This document shows, piece after piece, positions 1 through 13,345 of a stretch of DNA of 64,000 nt. A program made the position numbers and the translations under genes. The stretch covers positions 226,610,001-226,674,000 of the forward strand of contig OZ024741.1 of assembly GCA_964016885.1 (NCBI GenBank), written 5' to 3'. This DNA is from Eledone cirrhosa. Its lineage: Eukaryota. The notes beneath the pieces are model-generated. The model did not search any database and was not told the DNA's origin. It saw only the letters and a list, made by a program, of their open reading frames with translations. Position 1 is the first letter of the stretch. Every line of letters begins with the position of its first letter.

Positions 1-2119
1 TTACCGTGTTCAAATAAATCCCACAAAATATGTTGTCGGTGCGGAATCACTGAATTTTTTAGGTTATGTCATTGACTCTGACGGTATTCGACCTATTCCT
101 GAGAGACTTAAAGCTATAGAGGGTTTGCCTTCGCCAACCTCACTCCGTCAGTTGCGCCAATTCTTGGGGCTGATTAATTTTTATAGGCGGTTTGTGCCTA
201 ATTGTGCTAAGCTACTCTTCTCTTTGACGGAAATTTTGAAAAATTGCCGAAAGAAAAATAAAGACATTTCTTTGAATGAAACTCAGCTCGAGGATTTTGA
301 GAATGCGAAAATTGCTCTAGCCAATGCATCTTTGCTGGCTCAACCAGTGTCCAATGCTAAGCTTTCGCTTTGTGTTTATGCGTCGGATACTGCCGTGGGC
401 GCAGTTTTGCAACAAAGTAGGAATGTCAACAGCAACCGTTGGAATTTTTCTCCAGGAAGCTGAAACCTGCCGAAACCCGCTACAGCACCTTTGGACGGGA
501 GTTGTTAGCTATATACTTATCGGTGAAGCATTTTTCGCACATGCTTGAAGGAAGAACGTTTACCATCTTCACGGACCATAAGCCATTGACATTCGCCTTG
601 CGAGCAAAGGCCGACAAATACTCGCCCAGAGAAACTAGACATCTCGACCTCATCTCTCAATTTACTAATGATATTCAACATATTCCGGGTTCTATGAATA
701 CAGCGGCCGACGCCCTGTCTCGTTTGCCGATGGCTTCGATCTCGTCGTCCGATGACATAGATTTGAATCTCTTGGCAGCCGATCAGCCTACCCTCGAATC
801 GTTGGATGTTACATCGTCTGAATTTGTGAATTTCAGGATGAAATACCAACCATTATCGACCGCAGACCGACGGATCCTCTGCGACGTCTCTTTGGATGCA
901 CCAGGCCCTTTTGTTCCGTTGAACCATCGTCGAACTGTGTTTCTTGTTTTACACGGCATTTCACATCCAGGATCTTCTGCCACAATAAAACTCATAACGG
1001 CCAGATTCTTCTGGCCAAATATGAGACGTGATATTACTGTTTGGTGCCGTTCCTGTGTTGCTTGCCAAAAAGCAAAAGTTCACAGGCATGTTAAGACTCC
1101 TCTAGGTACTTTTAGTAACCCGGACCCTCCGTTTCGCCACATTCATGTGGACATCGTGGGACCTTTGCCAATCAGCGGTGGTCATAATTACATATTGACT
1201 GTTATCGATCGTTTTTCGCGATGGCCTGAAGCCATCCCCTTGAAAGATATCACTGCTGAGACGACAGCGCGTGCCCTTGTGTCTAGATGGATCGCTCGAT
1301 ATGGAGTACCAATGTCAATTACCACGGACCATGAAAGGCAGTTTGAATCGAATCTCTTCCATGAATTAACAAAAATCATCGGCGCTAAACGCATCCGAAC
1401 GACTGCATATCATCATGTCTCTAATGGAATGGTGAAGCGCTTCCACCGACTACTAAAAGCCGCTCTACGGACTTCTCCTGGTGCTACGCGTTGGAGCGAG
1501 GACCTCCCTATTGTGTTGTTGGGGGATTCGGTCAACAATAAAGGAGGACCTTGGGTTCTCCCCGGCCGAATTATTGTATGGTGCTTCTCTAGCGTTACCT
1601 GGGAAAATGCTTGCCCCTGTCGATCTTACTGCACAGGATCCACTTTCCAACGTATCCCGTCTGCGTTCCTATTTTCAGGACCTGCCGCCGATGGATACGA
1701 GGAAGCAAACTGTAAAATCTGCAGTTCTGAGGGATATTGCCTCGTGGACCCATGTGTTCGTGAGAAACGATGCTGTGAGATCACCTCTCACACAACCGTA
1801 CTCTGGACCCTACCGTGCATTAGCTCGTTCCGAGAAACATTTCACTGTAGATATTAAGGGTTCCAGAGAGACGGTTTCTATTGATCGACTCAAACAAGCA
1901 CATTTAGACACATACGCTATCACACCTGAGCCACATACACCCCCATCTTTCTCTTTTGCACACACACCTGTATCTTTGCCCCCCCCCCTCCTCACCAAGA
2001 TACAAGACCACGACCCGTTCCGGTCGAAGAGTCCACTGGCCCAAAGAACTCTTCCAAACTTTTATTATATGAACTGGCCACTGGACCCTTTTTGCAAAAA
2101 ACTGTGTAGTACTGTATAA
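1..2119 (+). pseudogene. pol: Ty3/Gypsy LTR retrotransposon pol remnant (RT C-terminus, RNase H, integrase), frameshifted
   Basis: FLGYVI..GIRP (frame from nt 2), [48 protein letters not shown] zinc finger (HGISHPG..CRSCVAC), integrase core [20 protein letters not shown]; split over three ORFs (frameshifts near 440 and 1525). Confidence 0.95.
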
Positions 2120-2384
2120 TTTTAAGCTGCTATTGTGCGGCGCTTTAATCCTGTATTTTCTATTTGAACTATTTGAAAATTTAAAAATTGTATTTACATT
2201 TTATTATATTTTCTTTTTCTTTCTTGTTCTTGCATGCTTTTTTCACATGTTCTTTTGAAATTTGTTGTGCCCTTCATGCTCAGTTGGGCTGATTGCTCCT
2301 TGGTTTGGGGTTTTTGCTCGTTGCTCATCGTTTTTCTACATACATGGTCCGATGAACCGATTTTTATTTCTTTTTCTAAAAATC

Positions 2385-2540
2385 TGGTGGGAGGTCATGT
2401 AGAAGATCACGCCACCGAGCTTTGACTTTGGAGGCAGTCGATTAACTGCCCTTAGTTCTGACGTCACGTTCTGACGTCAGTAGCTGAATACACCCTCTTC
2501 TCAACTTGGTGTGTTGATGCGAGTAGACGCGTTTCACGGT
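2385..2540 (+). mobile_element. Polypurine tract and start of Gypsy 3' LTR (right end uncertain)
   Basis: tggtgggagg at 2385-2394 followed by TGTAG at 2398, downstream of the integrase. Confidence 0.6.
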
Positions 2541-2961
2541 GGCGAAACCGCGACTAAGCACCATGCGGTCACGGGATATTTAAACACCGCCACTTAATGA
2601 TAATTACGAATTACCAATCAAGTAGCAACTGATATGATAACCTGTTTTGTTTATTGCTCTGATTAAAATGCTCATGTACATATAATCTCGATGTATGTTC
2701 TTTTTGCTTAATTGTTTACCTACACCTAACAACAAATAGAAGAGATGTTCTAGCAACCAAGCTAGAGAAACGAATTCCCTTCTAAATCGTAAAACAACGC
2801 AGCCTTCTAAATTGGTGACCATCTCTCCTAAAATATCATTTATCATTACATAGAGCAATAGCCTGATTTGTGGTCCTACGCCAGTAGTTTATTCCAGCTA
2901 AAGGTTGGTTGGTGATTAGGAGTGACGAAGTATTCATTTATTAATTAAAAGTTAAGACGGG

Positions 2962-3200
2962 ATTACTTTACCATAATTTCTAGATGTGCATGATATATAT
3001 ATTTCTGTTATATATACTTCATCGTATATGCTCATGCAATCATTAGGTAATTACTAACTGGATAGTAATACATGACCAGTGACATATCCCCATGATTGCA
3101 TAACTGCATCTAATGATTGTATGAGCATCGAATGAAGTTACATGCATAACCATGTCACAGAAATATATATCATGCAATAAAGCAATTATAGTGAAGCAAC
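2962..3200. repeat. Degenerate inverted repeat, MITE-like
   Basis: tgcatgatatatatatttctgt..atgctcatgcaatcattag mirrored by ctaatgattgtatgagcat..acagaaatatatatcatgca. Confidence 0.55.
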
Positions 3201-3789
3201 TTTTAATTTATATATATATGTACATAAATATACATATATATATATATACATATGTGTGTGTGTGGGGGTGGGGGGTATTCTGCTATCATTGGATTCACCA
3301 GATATCTTCCTTCACTCGTTCCCAATTCTGAAATATCATCCTGAAATACTAAATTAAGATGAGTAATAAAGCAGAAATAGAGCTGCCAACTTCAATATAC
3401 TTCATAATTTCTTCGACTATGGCTTCTAGCAAACGTCAGTTAATTCCTCTTTCAAGCTTTCTCGAGAAATACTTACATATAAGGAGAGATTCTACCCTCC
3501 GGACGATCTTCTCTCGGTTTAGGTAATATATGTATATTATATCGTCATTTTGTATATTTCGAAATACATTATATAATTTGTCCTTCCATAATTAAAGATG
3601 CTTCTTTTTATTTGTTTTTCATAATTGTATGGTTTAGTTAGGGAAAGAACACAGCTTATGGCTATTTTCATTGATTCTGAAGGAATTTTTCTTAATCCAA
3701 ATATTTATGTTTGCAGCAGATGAACTCCAGTATATGTCCAAATGGTTTTGTTTAATCAGACATCGGATTACTTCTACCATCTAATAACG

Positions 3790-3955
3790 AGGATGGTATT
3801 TCCAATAGACATCCACGCGTTTTCCTTTCACCAAATTTCTCTCACAGACTTTTAGCGACCCGATGTTATGGTATGATAAAAGGAATTTACTTAAGTTATC
3901 GCACAGTGGAATTAAGCACGAAACCACATAGCTGCAAAACGAACTTCTTGAGCCT
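3790..3955 (-). mobile_element. Degenerate tRNA-derived (CORE-like) SINE
   Basis: Reverse strand aagaagttcgttttgcagctatgtggtttcgtgcttaattccactgtgcg resembles a decayed SINE head. Confidence 0.4.
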
Positions 3956-4089
3956 AGTTAGAGTCTTATATAGAACTGTGGTACAATTAAACCAGCACGA
4001 AGTAAACAAAATTTGAATGTTATACCCAATCGGTTTATGCATAAAAAAATTGTGTATGAAGACGTTGGGGATGACTTAATATATGTATA

Positions 4090-4290
4090 TTGATTTCTAA
4101 TTTAGGCACAACTTCAGTGAATTTCAGGAAGGGTAAATTTAATTAAATTAGCTCCAGTACTTGATCAGCACTAATTTCAACCAGCCCGGAATGATGAAAG
4201 GCAAAGTTGACCTACGCAGGATTTGAATTCAGTGTGTTAAAAGCCATATCAAATATCACAATGGCATTTTAGCCAATGCTTTACCAATTC
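4090..4290 (-). mobile_element. Degenerate tRNA-derived SINE (same family as 8841-9024)
   Basis: gatgaaaggcaaagttgacct..ggatttgaattcag and ttaggcaca match the family consensus seen elsewhere in the window. Confidence 0.75.
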
Positions 4291-4600
4291 TACTTCATCC
4301 CCCCAATAATTCATTCGTTCGCTATTTCAAATGAGCTTCTTAAATCAGATATTATTGAATTTGAATACTTGAATGCCACTTAGTTCGCACACTAGGCTGC
4401 TGTGATCACATTAATTACTACGAAAGTCTGTAGTAACGTGCAAAACATAAGTTGTTTCCGCCATCGTTGTTATTGCTGTTAATACTAATCATGATACAGT
4501 TATCAGTGAGAACAAGAAGTATTCAATTTATAGATGATACACATTCAAGTATTTATTCTCATATAATGCGACAATTTAACTTTTTTATTTTATTTAGATA

Positions 4601-4630
4601 CTAGAAGAGTACATGGCGTTACGCAAGAAA
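4601..4630 (-). mobile_element. Possible Helitron 3' terminus
   Basis: a-CTAG-aagagtacatggcgttacgc resembles the termini at 11290 and 13701. Confidence 0.35.
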
Positions 4631-5351
4631 TAATGCACTGAATTGGTGACCATTTTATCAAAGGAGAGTAATGTTTTATCTACTGGATTATCACGTTTGG
4701 AAAACCTTAATAACAGATTCGGATGGAGGGTACATGATCCCAGTGGAGTTGTGAAATCAGTGAACATGTTTTGATCTTATTAGAACTCAACGACATTGTT
4801 TGAGAAAGCCTAACACTTTGGGCCAACACAGGTTACAGGAGTTTTCTCCTTGTGAGCTCCTCAGTAACTAAACGCCCCTAAAGGGAGTGTCGGTCTTAAA
4901 ATTGCGAGGATAGACTAGATCCTTTGAAGTTTTTCCACACTATTTGCATGGATACATTTCATCTATTGACTGATATATTTGGTGCATAATTTCGCCTTTC
5001 TTACATATATATTGTTGTAGGGGGAAAAGTCTGATCAACTAAAAGTGGACTAGGCGAAATGTCTTTAAATAATAACTAAAGTGAACTGTCAGTAGTCTGT
5101 GAAAACAGTCTCATTGCAGTGATCTCGCAGGTAGTTCGAAATTACGTCTGGTGAATACTTTGGTTTTACCTTCGTTTACAGATATACTAACAGGTGTGAC
5201 ACACCATTATAACACACACACACACAGACACACACACTCACACACATACATATATATAATGTGTATGTATATAAGTGTGTGTGTGTATGAACGCGAAACA
5301 TTACAGACATTTCTATGCTTTGTGTGTTCATTCTGTCATTACAACAGCAGA

Positions 5352-5436
5352 GGTCCGACGAGCTTTTGATTCCAGAGTCGGGCCAGATCGATACAGATCG
5401 AAACTTGAGCTGTTCAATAGCGAAACACGCGTCACC
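5352..5436 (+). ncRNA. Type I hammerhead ribozyme motif with long stem II (core mutated to CCGACGA)
   Basis: ggt-ccgacga-gct[~55 nt]agc-gaaac-acgc-gtc-acc, then aataaa. Confidence 0.6.
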
Positions 5437-6330
5437 AATCAATAAACGCAATGAAGGCTTAACAAATTGTCCTTGTACTATATAAATTTATATGTATATA
5501 TATATATGTTTTCTGTTGTTGTTGTAACTGTTTACTGTAGTTGTTGCTTAGGTTGTTGTTGTCAGTAGGGTAGTAATATCACTACGACTGATGCGGCCAG
5601 TGTGGACGATATTGGTCGACGTTTTGCTGTTATTGTCGTTATTGTTGTTGTTGTTGTTGTTGTAATTGTTGTTGTTGTTGTTGTTGTAATTGTTGTCTAT
5701 AGGTGGTTGTCAACAAAATGTATACCCCCACCCTCCCTCAGATCTCCATTTATTGCTGCCACTATCTACTGGGTTTTTGGCTACACACAGTTTTTTCGTT
5801 TTTTCGTTGATAGTTTTTTGTAGCAACGCAACGGCTGGCAAACCCTTCAAGGAACTCATATGTCTGCTGGGCACACAAGCAATAGGACGTGTGTTTTTTT
5901 TTTCTGCCAGCGACATATCAAACATATCGGGTATTTATCTGAGGATACCGTTCTCATAATCAACAGCAAATGGATGAAGGGCATCCCGATTGCCTGGAGA
6001 CCCGTGGAAATAATTATTACGATTAAACGATATATGTAACCTCAGCATTTTATTTTGTTATTTTTATATATGGTTGTTGTGAGACAGGTAAATCCCACCT
6101 GGTTGTTGTGAGACAGGTAAATTACACCTGGTTGTTGTGTGACAGCAACAATAGAACTGTCTCCTTAGCTACAACATAGCAACAGTGAACTGTCTCCTTA
6201 GCTACCCTGTGTAACAAGGGGCTGGTTACATGACTACCCACTCTGACCACAAGGGCAGTGCCCCAGCATGGCCTCAGCCGGATGGCTAGAACATGTAAAA
6301 GAGAAAATATATATATACATACATACATAC

Positions 6331-6377
<47 letters not shown>

Positions 6378-6379
6378 CG

Positions 6380-6860
6380 AAAAATAAACTGATAAACAAC
6401 ACAAGAAACGATACTGAACAATAACGATATATATTACCTTAACACTTGATATAATAGGAAAAGAATCTTGAGGTTTCGGACATTAGTCCTTATCAGGAAA
6501 TAGAATGAGAAATAAAAGACGAAATGAGAATATAGACGAGAGTGAAAAGCGGAAGGAACAGAAAATAAGTGTTTGGTGAGAAAGACCGTGTAATTTTAGT
6601 TAGGCATTTTAGGGAGTATAAATATATATATATATATATATGTATTCTCTCTCGTCTACAATTTCACAGAACTTATGTTCATCGATTTCCGGGACTTGAC
6701 TCCTTCTTCCTCACTTTTCATTGCATTACCATCTTTGTTTGTTTACTGTCTCGCTCGTTCCCCCTATTTAGTGTCCCAACGACTTTCTTTAGCCGTTGCT
6801 CGCAAACGATGAAATACCAACGAAGGCTGGAAGATCACTGATGAAGGACTAAATTTATTT
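6380..6860. mobile_element. PLE 3'-end fragments in opposite orientations with degenerate hammerheads
   Basis: Minus strand 6466-6498 reads ctgataaggactaatgtccgaaacctc; plus strand 6838 has truncated ctgatgaaggacta; similar to 25142-25260. Confidence 0.6.
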
Positions 6861-7472
6861 ATATATATATATATATATATTAAATTAAAATAAAAAGTTG
6901 AATGACATATATATATATATAAGATAAACACATCAAATGATTACAGGGGATAATCTGTAAAGAATGTAAACACACAGAGTTACGGAGGTAACATATTAAA
7001 AATTAACAAGAACCTTAAATATAGATACTTGGCAATAATGATTAATCTCCTTTGTATATATTCCATTGAAGAAATATATTTCAACATTAATCAGTGAATT
7101 ATAGATGTCAAATGTTGGATCATCGGCAAAGGAGAAAATTTAACTATCTATGATTAAATGCAAATCAGGGAAAATAACGACGAAAAGCACGTGGTTTAAA
7201 AATCTAGCCAAATACTTAAATGAATATATTTCGCTAAGGAGGTTTAATTAGATCTAAACATACATGTCTGCTGACTTCACTAATTTGGCATAATATAAGG
7301 TCCATTTCCACTGCATTATCTAAAATTGTTCCAAAGGAAATTGGACCAGCTTCACAGTATCACAACACCGTCAGAGAAAGTTTCCATCTTGAAACTGAGA
7401 GGAAAGTCACAGTTGTTTGAAATGTACCCCCTGGTCATATTTAGAATACGAGACTAAATATTTATATATACA

Positions 7473-7560
<88 letters not shown>

Positions 7561-7564
<4 letters not shown>

Positions 7565-8440
7565 AATACGATTGCCCCTGCATAATTCCAAGGACAGGAA
7601 TTTTGTAAATTGTGTAATATGGAAATATTTTGTATTATGAAATCCAAAACTATTTTATTAAATAACAGAATAGAGCGATCGTTATACTGTAACCATCGCT
7701 TGAAATCTACATTTTCATATTACAAACGCTACCAAGATTGAACGCCTGTCTCCATCTCCGTTTGATTATCAAAATACATATTGACATTCTCTATTAGTCT
7801 TAATTCTATCAACTCTTCTATTCTTTACCATTTAATATAAACTGCTATAGATAACATGAGATTTTTTAATTCAATTCCCTAATGCATATACCAGCAGGCT
7901 ACCAGCATTGTTATACAGTAGCAGTGAAAATCTCTCTCTTCCTTACTTGACACTTTATATCTGTATTAATACTACTACACCAAACGACCAGCCCTGTCCA
8001 TTGTTCAATTGGTCAAATATAGATTAAAATAGGCACTCACAAAAATTCTTATTTAGATAAAATAAACCATATACTCATTGTATTCTCATTAAAAACCTTC
8101 TATATACTTGTTTACCAGAAGATTGAATTGCCATCTGTCATATACTATCGCTTCTCTTCTTCCTTTCTTACAACTAATATAAATACTTTGATTTTTTTTG
8201 ATTTTTTCCAATTTATCCAATATCTCTGAAGAAGTGACAACTGATTATACATTTGCTATCGAATACTTGCTAACATTATATGATTACGCAAGCAGCGATA
8301 CATAGGTATTCCGTCTGTTACAGAAACATATGTCAATACCTAATAAATTCCTTTATAAAAGCACTTTCATTTTATATTGATCTCTTCTACATTTTCTCCG
8401 GAATATAATTTATACTCGTTGAGCAAACCTACACGTACGC
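7561..8440 (+). mobile_element. 5'-truncated PLE (Naiad-like) 3' end
   Basis: About 7589-7740 translates QGQEFCKLCNMEIFCIMKSKTILLNNRIERSLYCNHRLK (CxLC..E..LNxRxE..CxH end of GIY-YIG region), then AT-rich UTR and a hammerhead. Confidence 0.75.
8221..8339 (+). ncRNA. Hammerhead motif with roughly 90 nt stem II region
   Basis: ctgaaga-agtgaca...tgttaca-gaaac-atat-gtc; palindromic stem III (acatatgt); stem I weak. Confidence 0.55.
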
Positions 8441-8560
8441 TGTTCATCTCTAACGTGACGATATATTATCACTACATTATTAATAACTTGAAATTTATAT
8501 ATATATATATATATATTTATTTATACAGAGAGGGAGAGAGAGATATAGATAGATAGAAAG

Positions 8561-8610
<50 letters not shown>

Positions 8611-8840
8611 GTGTGTGTGTGTAAAGCGAGAGAGAATGAGAGAGAGCTGTTATTAAAATGTCAATCTAGACTTTATCACTTACTTTAATATCTACAATTA
8701 TATTTTCACAATAAATGTTGTACCATTTTCATTATATCTAATAAAAGTTTCTTTAATAAGATCTGTTTTATTACATTTGATTAATTGAAGCGTTTAAACA
8801 TAGAAAAACATTAACCCGATCCTCATATAATCTATTTAAT

Positions 8841-9024
8841 TGTCTCTACTTTAGGCACAAGGCCAGCAATTACCCAGTGCATTACTGGTACTTTATTTTA
8901 TCGACCCCGTAAGGATGAAAGGAAAAGTCAACCTCGGCGGGATTTGAACTCAGATCGTAAAGGGACGTAACTATGCTGGAAAGCATGGCGTCCGACCCTC
9001 TACTGATACTGCCAATCCACCGCC
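8841..9024 (-). mobile_element. tRNA-derived SINE with target-site duplication
   Basis: A-box-like tggcagtatcagtag, B-box gagttcaaatcc, body ttcatccttacggggtcgataaaataaagtacc (resembles the Nin/Deu-type domain); flanked by ctcatataatc(t/a)atttaat on both sides. Confidence 0.85.
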
Positions 9025-9309
9025 CTCATATAATCAATTTAATGAATCACAACACTTACCTAGTACTTATTTTTCTAAGCCAACATGTCTGAAGACGAAA
9101 GAATTGAAAGTGGGACTCAGTATTTCAAGACATTAAACTACTCTGTTGTCTATTTATTCACATATCATAATAATAAACAACAAAACTTTATGGAAGTTCC
9201 GAAGAAAATCGTGTTTTGTGATTTTTATAGTCACAAATATTATATATATCAATAAAAAATAATGAAAATTTGACACCTCGATCGAAAATTAAAAATATTT
9301 TAATAAATC

Positions 9310-9359
<50 letters not shown>

Positions 9360-9500
9360 GTTTAGACAACAGAACGTGTGTATAAGATACAGGCGTCCTG
9401 TCGAATTTATGACAGTATTTAATTAGATCAATGCTTGAAAGCAGAGCCGTTATATGAAACAAAAATAAAGAGCGCTTACATCATCAATTAATCTTTATTT

Positions 9501-9545
9501 GCTGACAGTGTTTCATCGTTGCATAATTGCAGGACTCATCAGAGC
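9501..9545 (-). ncRNA. Type I hammerhead ribozyme
   Basis: gct-ctgatga-gtcctgcaattatgcaacgat-gaaac-act-gtc-agc. Confidence 0.8.
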
Positions 9546-10552
9546 GTTATAAAGAGGTTTTAGATCAATAGTATAAACTCTACCGACCTATATCACAAGA
9601 ACGATCCATATGTAGCACAGAGGACTAAGAAGAGTGGGGTGCTTGGACGACGCGTCACCGCTAAATCAGTTACAATAATTAAAGATAAGGAAAAATAAAA
9701 GATAAGGAAATTAAAGATAAGAGATAAAACGTAAAGGGTTGAGTCTATAAGTAAGGATGAAATAAAGATAACAATAAAGTGATGATAATATAAGAAAATA
9801 TAAAAAAATAATAAAAAATAATAAAAATAAAAATGAGAATAAAATATGAGAATAAAAATAGGAGGTGATAAAAATAAAGATAAATATAAAAATGAAACAT
9901 AAAAGATAACACATTATATAGAGGGCAACTATCTCTCCGCCTACAATTACAGTTGCGGGTTGTGTCATTCAACATGCGTCGAAACGAGTGGCTGTTTGCA
10001 CTATCCCGAAGCATTGTTGCCATACTTGTTGCCATACTGTGATGGATACATGGAATTCCACTATATGATCGCTTTATCTGGCTCCCGCTATATCTGACTC
10101 TGCCTACATCATTCACTTTCGTTGATATTGTTCTTAAACTGTCACCTCTGAAATCCTTTACTGTCTACAACTACATTTATTTGCATTTATTTGCATTTAT
10201 TTGCATTTATTTGCATTGCTTATATAATGTGTTATCTTTTATGTTTCATTTTTATTTTTATCTTTGTTTTTATCACCTCCTATTTTTATTCTCATATTTT
10301 ATTCTCATTTTTATTTTTATTATTTTTTATTATTTTTTTATATTTTCTTATATTATCATCACTTTATTGTTATCTTTTATTTTTCCTTATCTTTAATTAT
10401 TGTAACTGATTTTGGTCTTATATGTATCGGCTTCTAGCAGTGACGCGTCGTCCAAGCACCCCACTCTTCTTAGTCCCCTGTGCTACATATGGATCGTTCT
10501 TGTGATATAGGTCGGTAGAGTTTATACTAGTGATCTAATTCCTCTTTATAAC

Positions 10553-10597
10553 GCTCTGATGAGTCCTGCAATTATGCAAGGATGAAACACTGTCAGA
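10553..10597 (+). ncRNA. Type I hammerhead ribozyme (second arm)
   Basis: gct-ctgatga-gtcctgcaattatgcaaggat-gaaac-act-gtc-aga. Confidence 0.78.
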
Positions 10598-10785
10598 TTA
10601 ATTGATGATGTAAGCGCTCTTTGTTTTTGTTTCATATATATATATATATATATATAGGAACCAGTAAGACCCCGACAGCTGAGCTCAAGCCGTTTCGACG
10701 GCTAATTCTGGACTAAAAAAAAAATAAAAGTATTGAGTACTTTGGTGCGTTATGGTCCACCTGGTTCCTTACCACATTTCCTTCG

Positions 10786-10854
<69 letters not shown>

Positions 10855-10857
<3 letters not shown>

Positions 10858-11747
10858 TATAAAGCTGACGGCAGTATGTAGGTAACAAACTTTCCGCCAA
10901 AGGGCTGGACCAAACAGCACTAAATTTGCACCATAGATGTAACTTTTTCCAAGTAAAACAGTGAGGATATTTTTGTCTACTGAATTTTGTTAAAATATTA
11001 AAGACATTATTTAAATATTCACTTCTTTAAAATTTCAAATGTCAACACTTCCGGTTATACGTCATTCCTCACTTTTTCTTATGGCGTCGCACAACATTCA
11101 CCTCTTTTTCTTAGTCTGTCTTTTTAGATAGACACATTGCTCTCTATCTCTGGATATCTGCATTAGATAACGTTTTTCAAAATATTTACTTCTACGTTCA
11201 CAGACGGATTTTTTGAGTTTCAGAAGATCCCGTTAAGGGTGAAAGCAGCAATTCTTTGCTTAAACTATAATCTGTTATTTTAATATATACTAGCAGAATG
11301 GCCCGGCGTTGCTCGGTAAGAATTATAGAGAAAGATTGCTAATTCGCTTAATGCGGTAGCTAGGGCATTGAAAATTTGAAATATTCTTTGCTCAATACAC
11401 TCAAAGGACCATAAGTATTACATGTGTAAAGTTTGAAAACAATCGGTTGGGTGGTTCTCGAATGGTTCGGCGTTGCTCGGGATTTGCTCTCGAGCCTCGT
11501 GAAGTAAATACGTTTGTTTATAATTTGTTATTGTGTATGCAAAAATATATGTACACGAATATATAAATAACAGTACAGAGAAGTACGGAATACCTCGGCC
11601 TCGGGTTGGTGTCTACATTTTGTGCTTATAAAAAATGTTCGTCGTACATTACCAGGATTTTTTTCCGTTCGAAGAAAATCAATACTTCATCGCGAAATAA
11701 ATGCTTTTGTTTATATGTGTATGCAAAAATATCTGTACACGAATATA

Positions 11748-11785
<38 letters not shown>

Positions 11786-12804
11786 TATATATATTAAAAT
11801 AACAGATTCAGGTTTAAGCAAAGAATTGCTGCTTTCACCCTTAACGGGATCTTTTGAAACTAAAATAATAAATCTGTGAACGCAGAAGTAAATATTTCGA
11901 AAAACGTTACACATAATATATATATATACACACACTATATACACATACACCCCCCCCCCCCCCCCACACACACAGCGTCATAATGACGTAATGCAGACAG
12001 CCAGGCATACAGACAGATATTGTAAGGGCGCGACGTAATATCTATGTATCTATCTAAAAAGAGAAAGCCTAAGAGAGAGAGAGAGCGATCTCTAAATAGC
12101 CTAATATTGGCACTTCACCCTGCAAGAAGCAACAATTGCTAATGTCCCTTCTCAACAATTGCTAATGTCCCTTCTCTGCAAAAACGTTTTGCTATTATGC
12201 TGCACAACTGCGATCTCGCCGACCCTCTCGCACTGTGGAACAACCACCGTGAAAGTCTAGCTGAGGACATCCTCCACCGCACACGCAGACACAATCCAAA
12301 CGTAACATACGATGTCGTTTTTAATGAGGCGCTCATTTGTCTTGAAAACCGTCTCCTGGAGATTAGTGGTAGGCCTCTAAGTCACTACAGCTTACCTGCT
12401 CCTGACAGGAGTGTCCAGAGGTCAACGTCTACAGAGCTTATCCGCGAGACGAGCTACGAAATCAGTGATTCTCCCATGGTCAATTGTATGTAGGATGCTC
12501 TAGGGTGAGCTCGCCAAACAATCTCTTCATCTTTGCTCCGGAGGGCCGAACAAACGATATTGTATACTCTGAGGCTCTAACTATGTAATTTAAATATTTT
12601 CTGTTACTTGGAATTTCCATTATGGTTGTACTGGGGAATCCTAAAAACTATTCAAACCCAACATCAGAGCACGTTACCCCCCCCCCCTCCCCCTCGGTGA
12701 CTTGAGAGGGCGTGCGGTATCTTTGCACTGGAGTGTAGGCGGAATTCCCGAAAAGATAAAATGCCGGTATACCTAGAGGGGTGCCAACCGGACGGGACAG
12801 CTAG
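10855..12804. mobile_element. Helitron-derived mosaic
   Basis: 5'-like tatactataaagctga at 10853; minus-strand CTAG end at 11290; about 11170-11290 inverted at about 11793-11910; segments shared with 13701-14609; plus-strand CTAG-t end at 12801-12804. Confidence 0.7.
12150..12582 (+). pseudogene. Internally deleted Helitron Rep/helicase fragment
   Basis: DPLALWNNHRESLAEDI..NEALICLE..LPAP joined to the Pif1 C-terminal motif FSHGQLYVGCSRV. Confidence 0.85.
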
Positions 12805-12820
12805 TGTGTATATACATATG

Positions 12821-12863
<43 letters not shown>

Positions 12864-12878
12864 ATATATATACATATG

Positions 12879-13013
<135 letters not shown>

Positions 13014-13021
13014 ATATATAC

Positions 13022-13065
<44 letters not shown>

Positions 13066-13111
13066 GAAATAACAGGAGGCTGGACTGGTGTATATGCTTG
13101 AAAGGTTTATT

Positions 13112-13169
13112 ATACTATGATCATTTCAGTGACCGGGTTCCATATGAATCCGGTGATATCATCAGGTAT
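13112..13169 (-). ncRNA. Type I hammerhead in a ~210 bp island (13063-13273) between (TA)n tracts
   Basis: atac-ctgatga-tatcaccggattcatatggaacccggtcact-gaaat-gatc-ata-gtat. Confidence 0.75.
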
Positions 13170-13271
13170 TGGAATATAACAAAGGAATATGTAAAAAGCC
13201 TTGGGTCCGAAAAACCATGGGTCCGAGAAACCAGAGACAGAGAGGGCGGCTGACCAACTAGCTTCACAGCC

Positions 13272-13340
<69 letters not shown>

Positions 13341-13345
<5 letters not shown>

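Larger units (their letters stand above)
9355..10636. mobile_element. Fold-back PLE remnant between (TA)n tracts
   Basis: About 9450-9920 is an inverted copy of about 10218-10636; the centre encodes (minus) RNCNCRRRDSCPL, a Naiad-like zinc knuckle. Confidence 0.85.

Noticed and set aside
3359-3522. Possible first exon (MSNKAEIELP.., ag/gtaata donor)
   Set aside because: Only about 55 codons, no recognisable homology and no partner exons
5700-6010. Short ORFs as a gene or transposase
   Set aside because: No motif I can recognise
8841-9024. tRNA genes at gttcaaatcc motifs
   Set aside because: No cloverleaf; these are SINE heads with bodies, tails and TSDs
10657-10788. Hammerhead in a 130 bp island between (TA)n tracts
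   Set aside because: Only the GAAAC..GUC half is present on the minus strand; no CUGANGA
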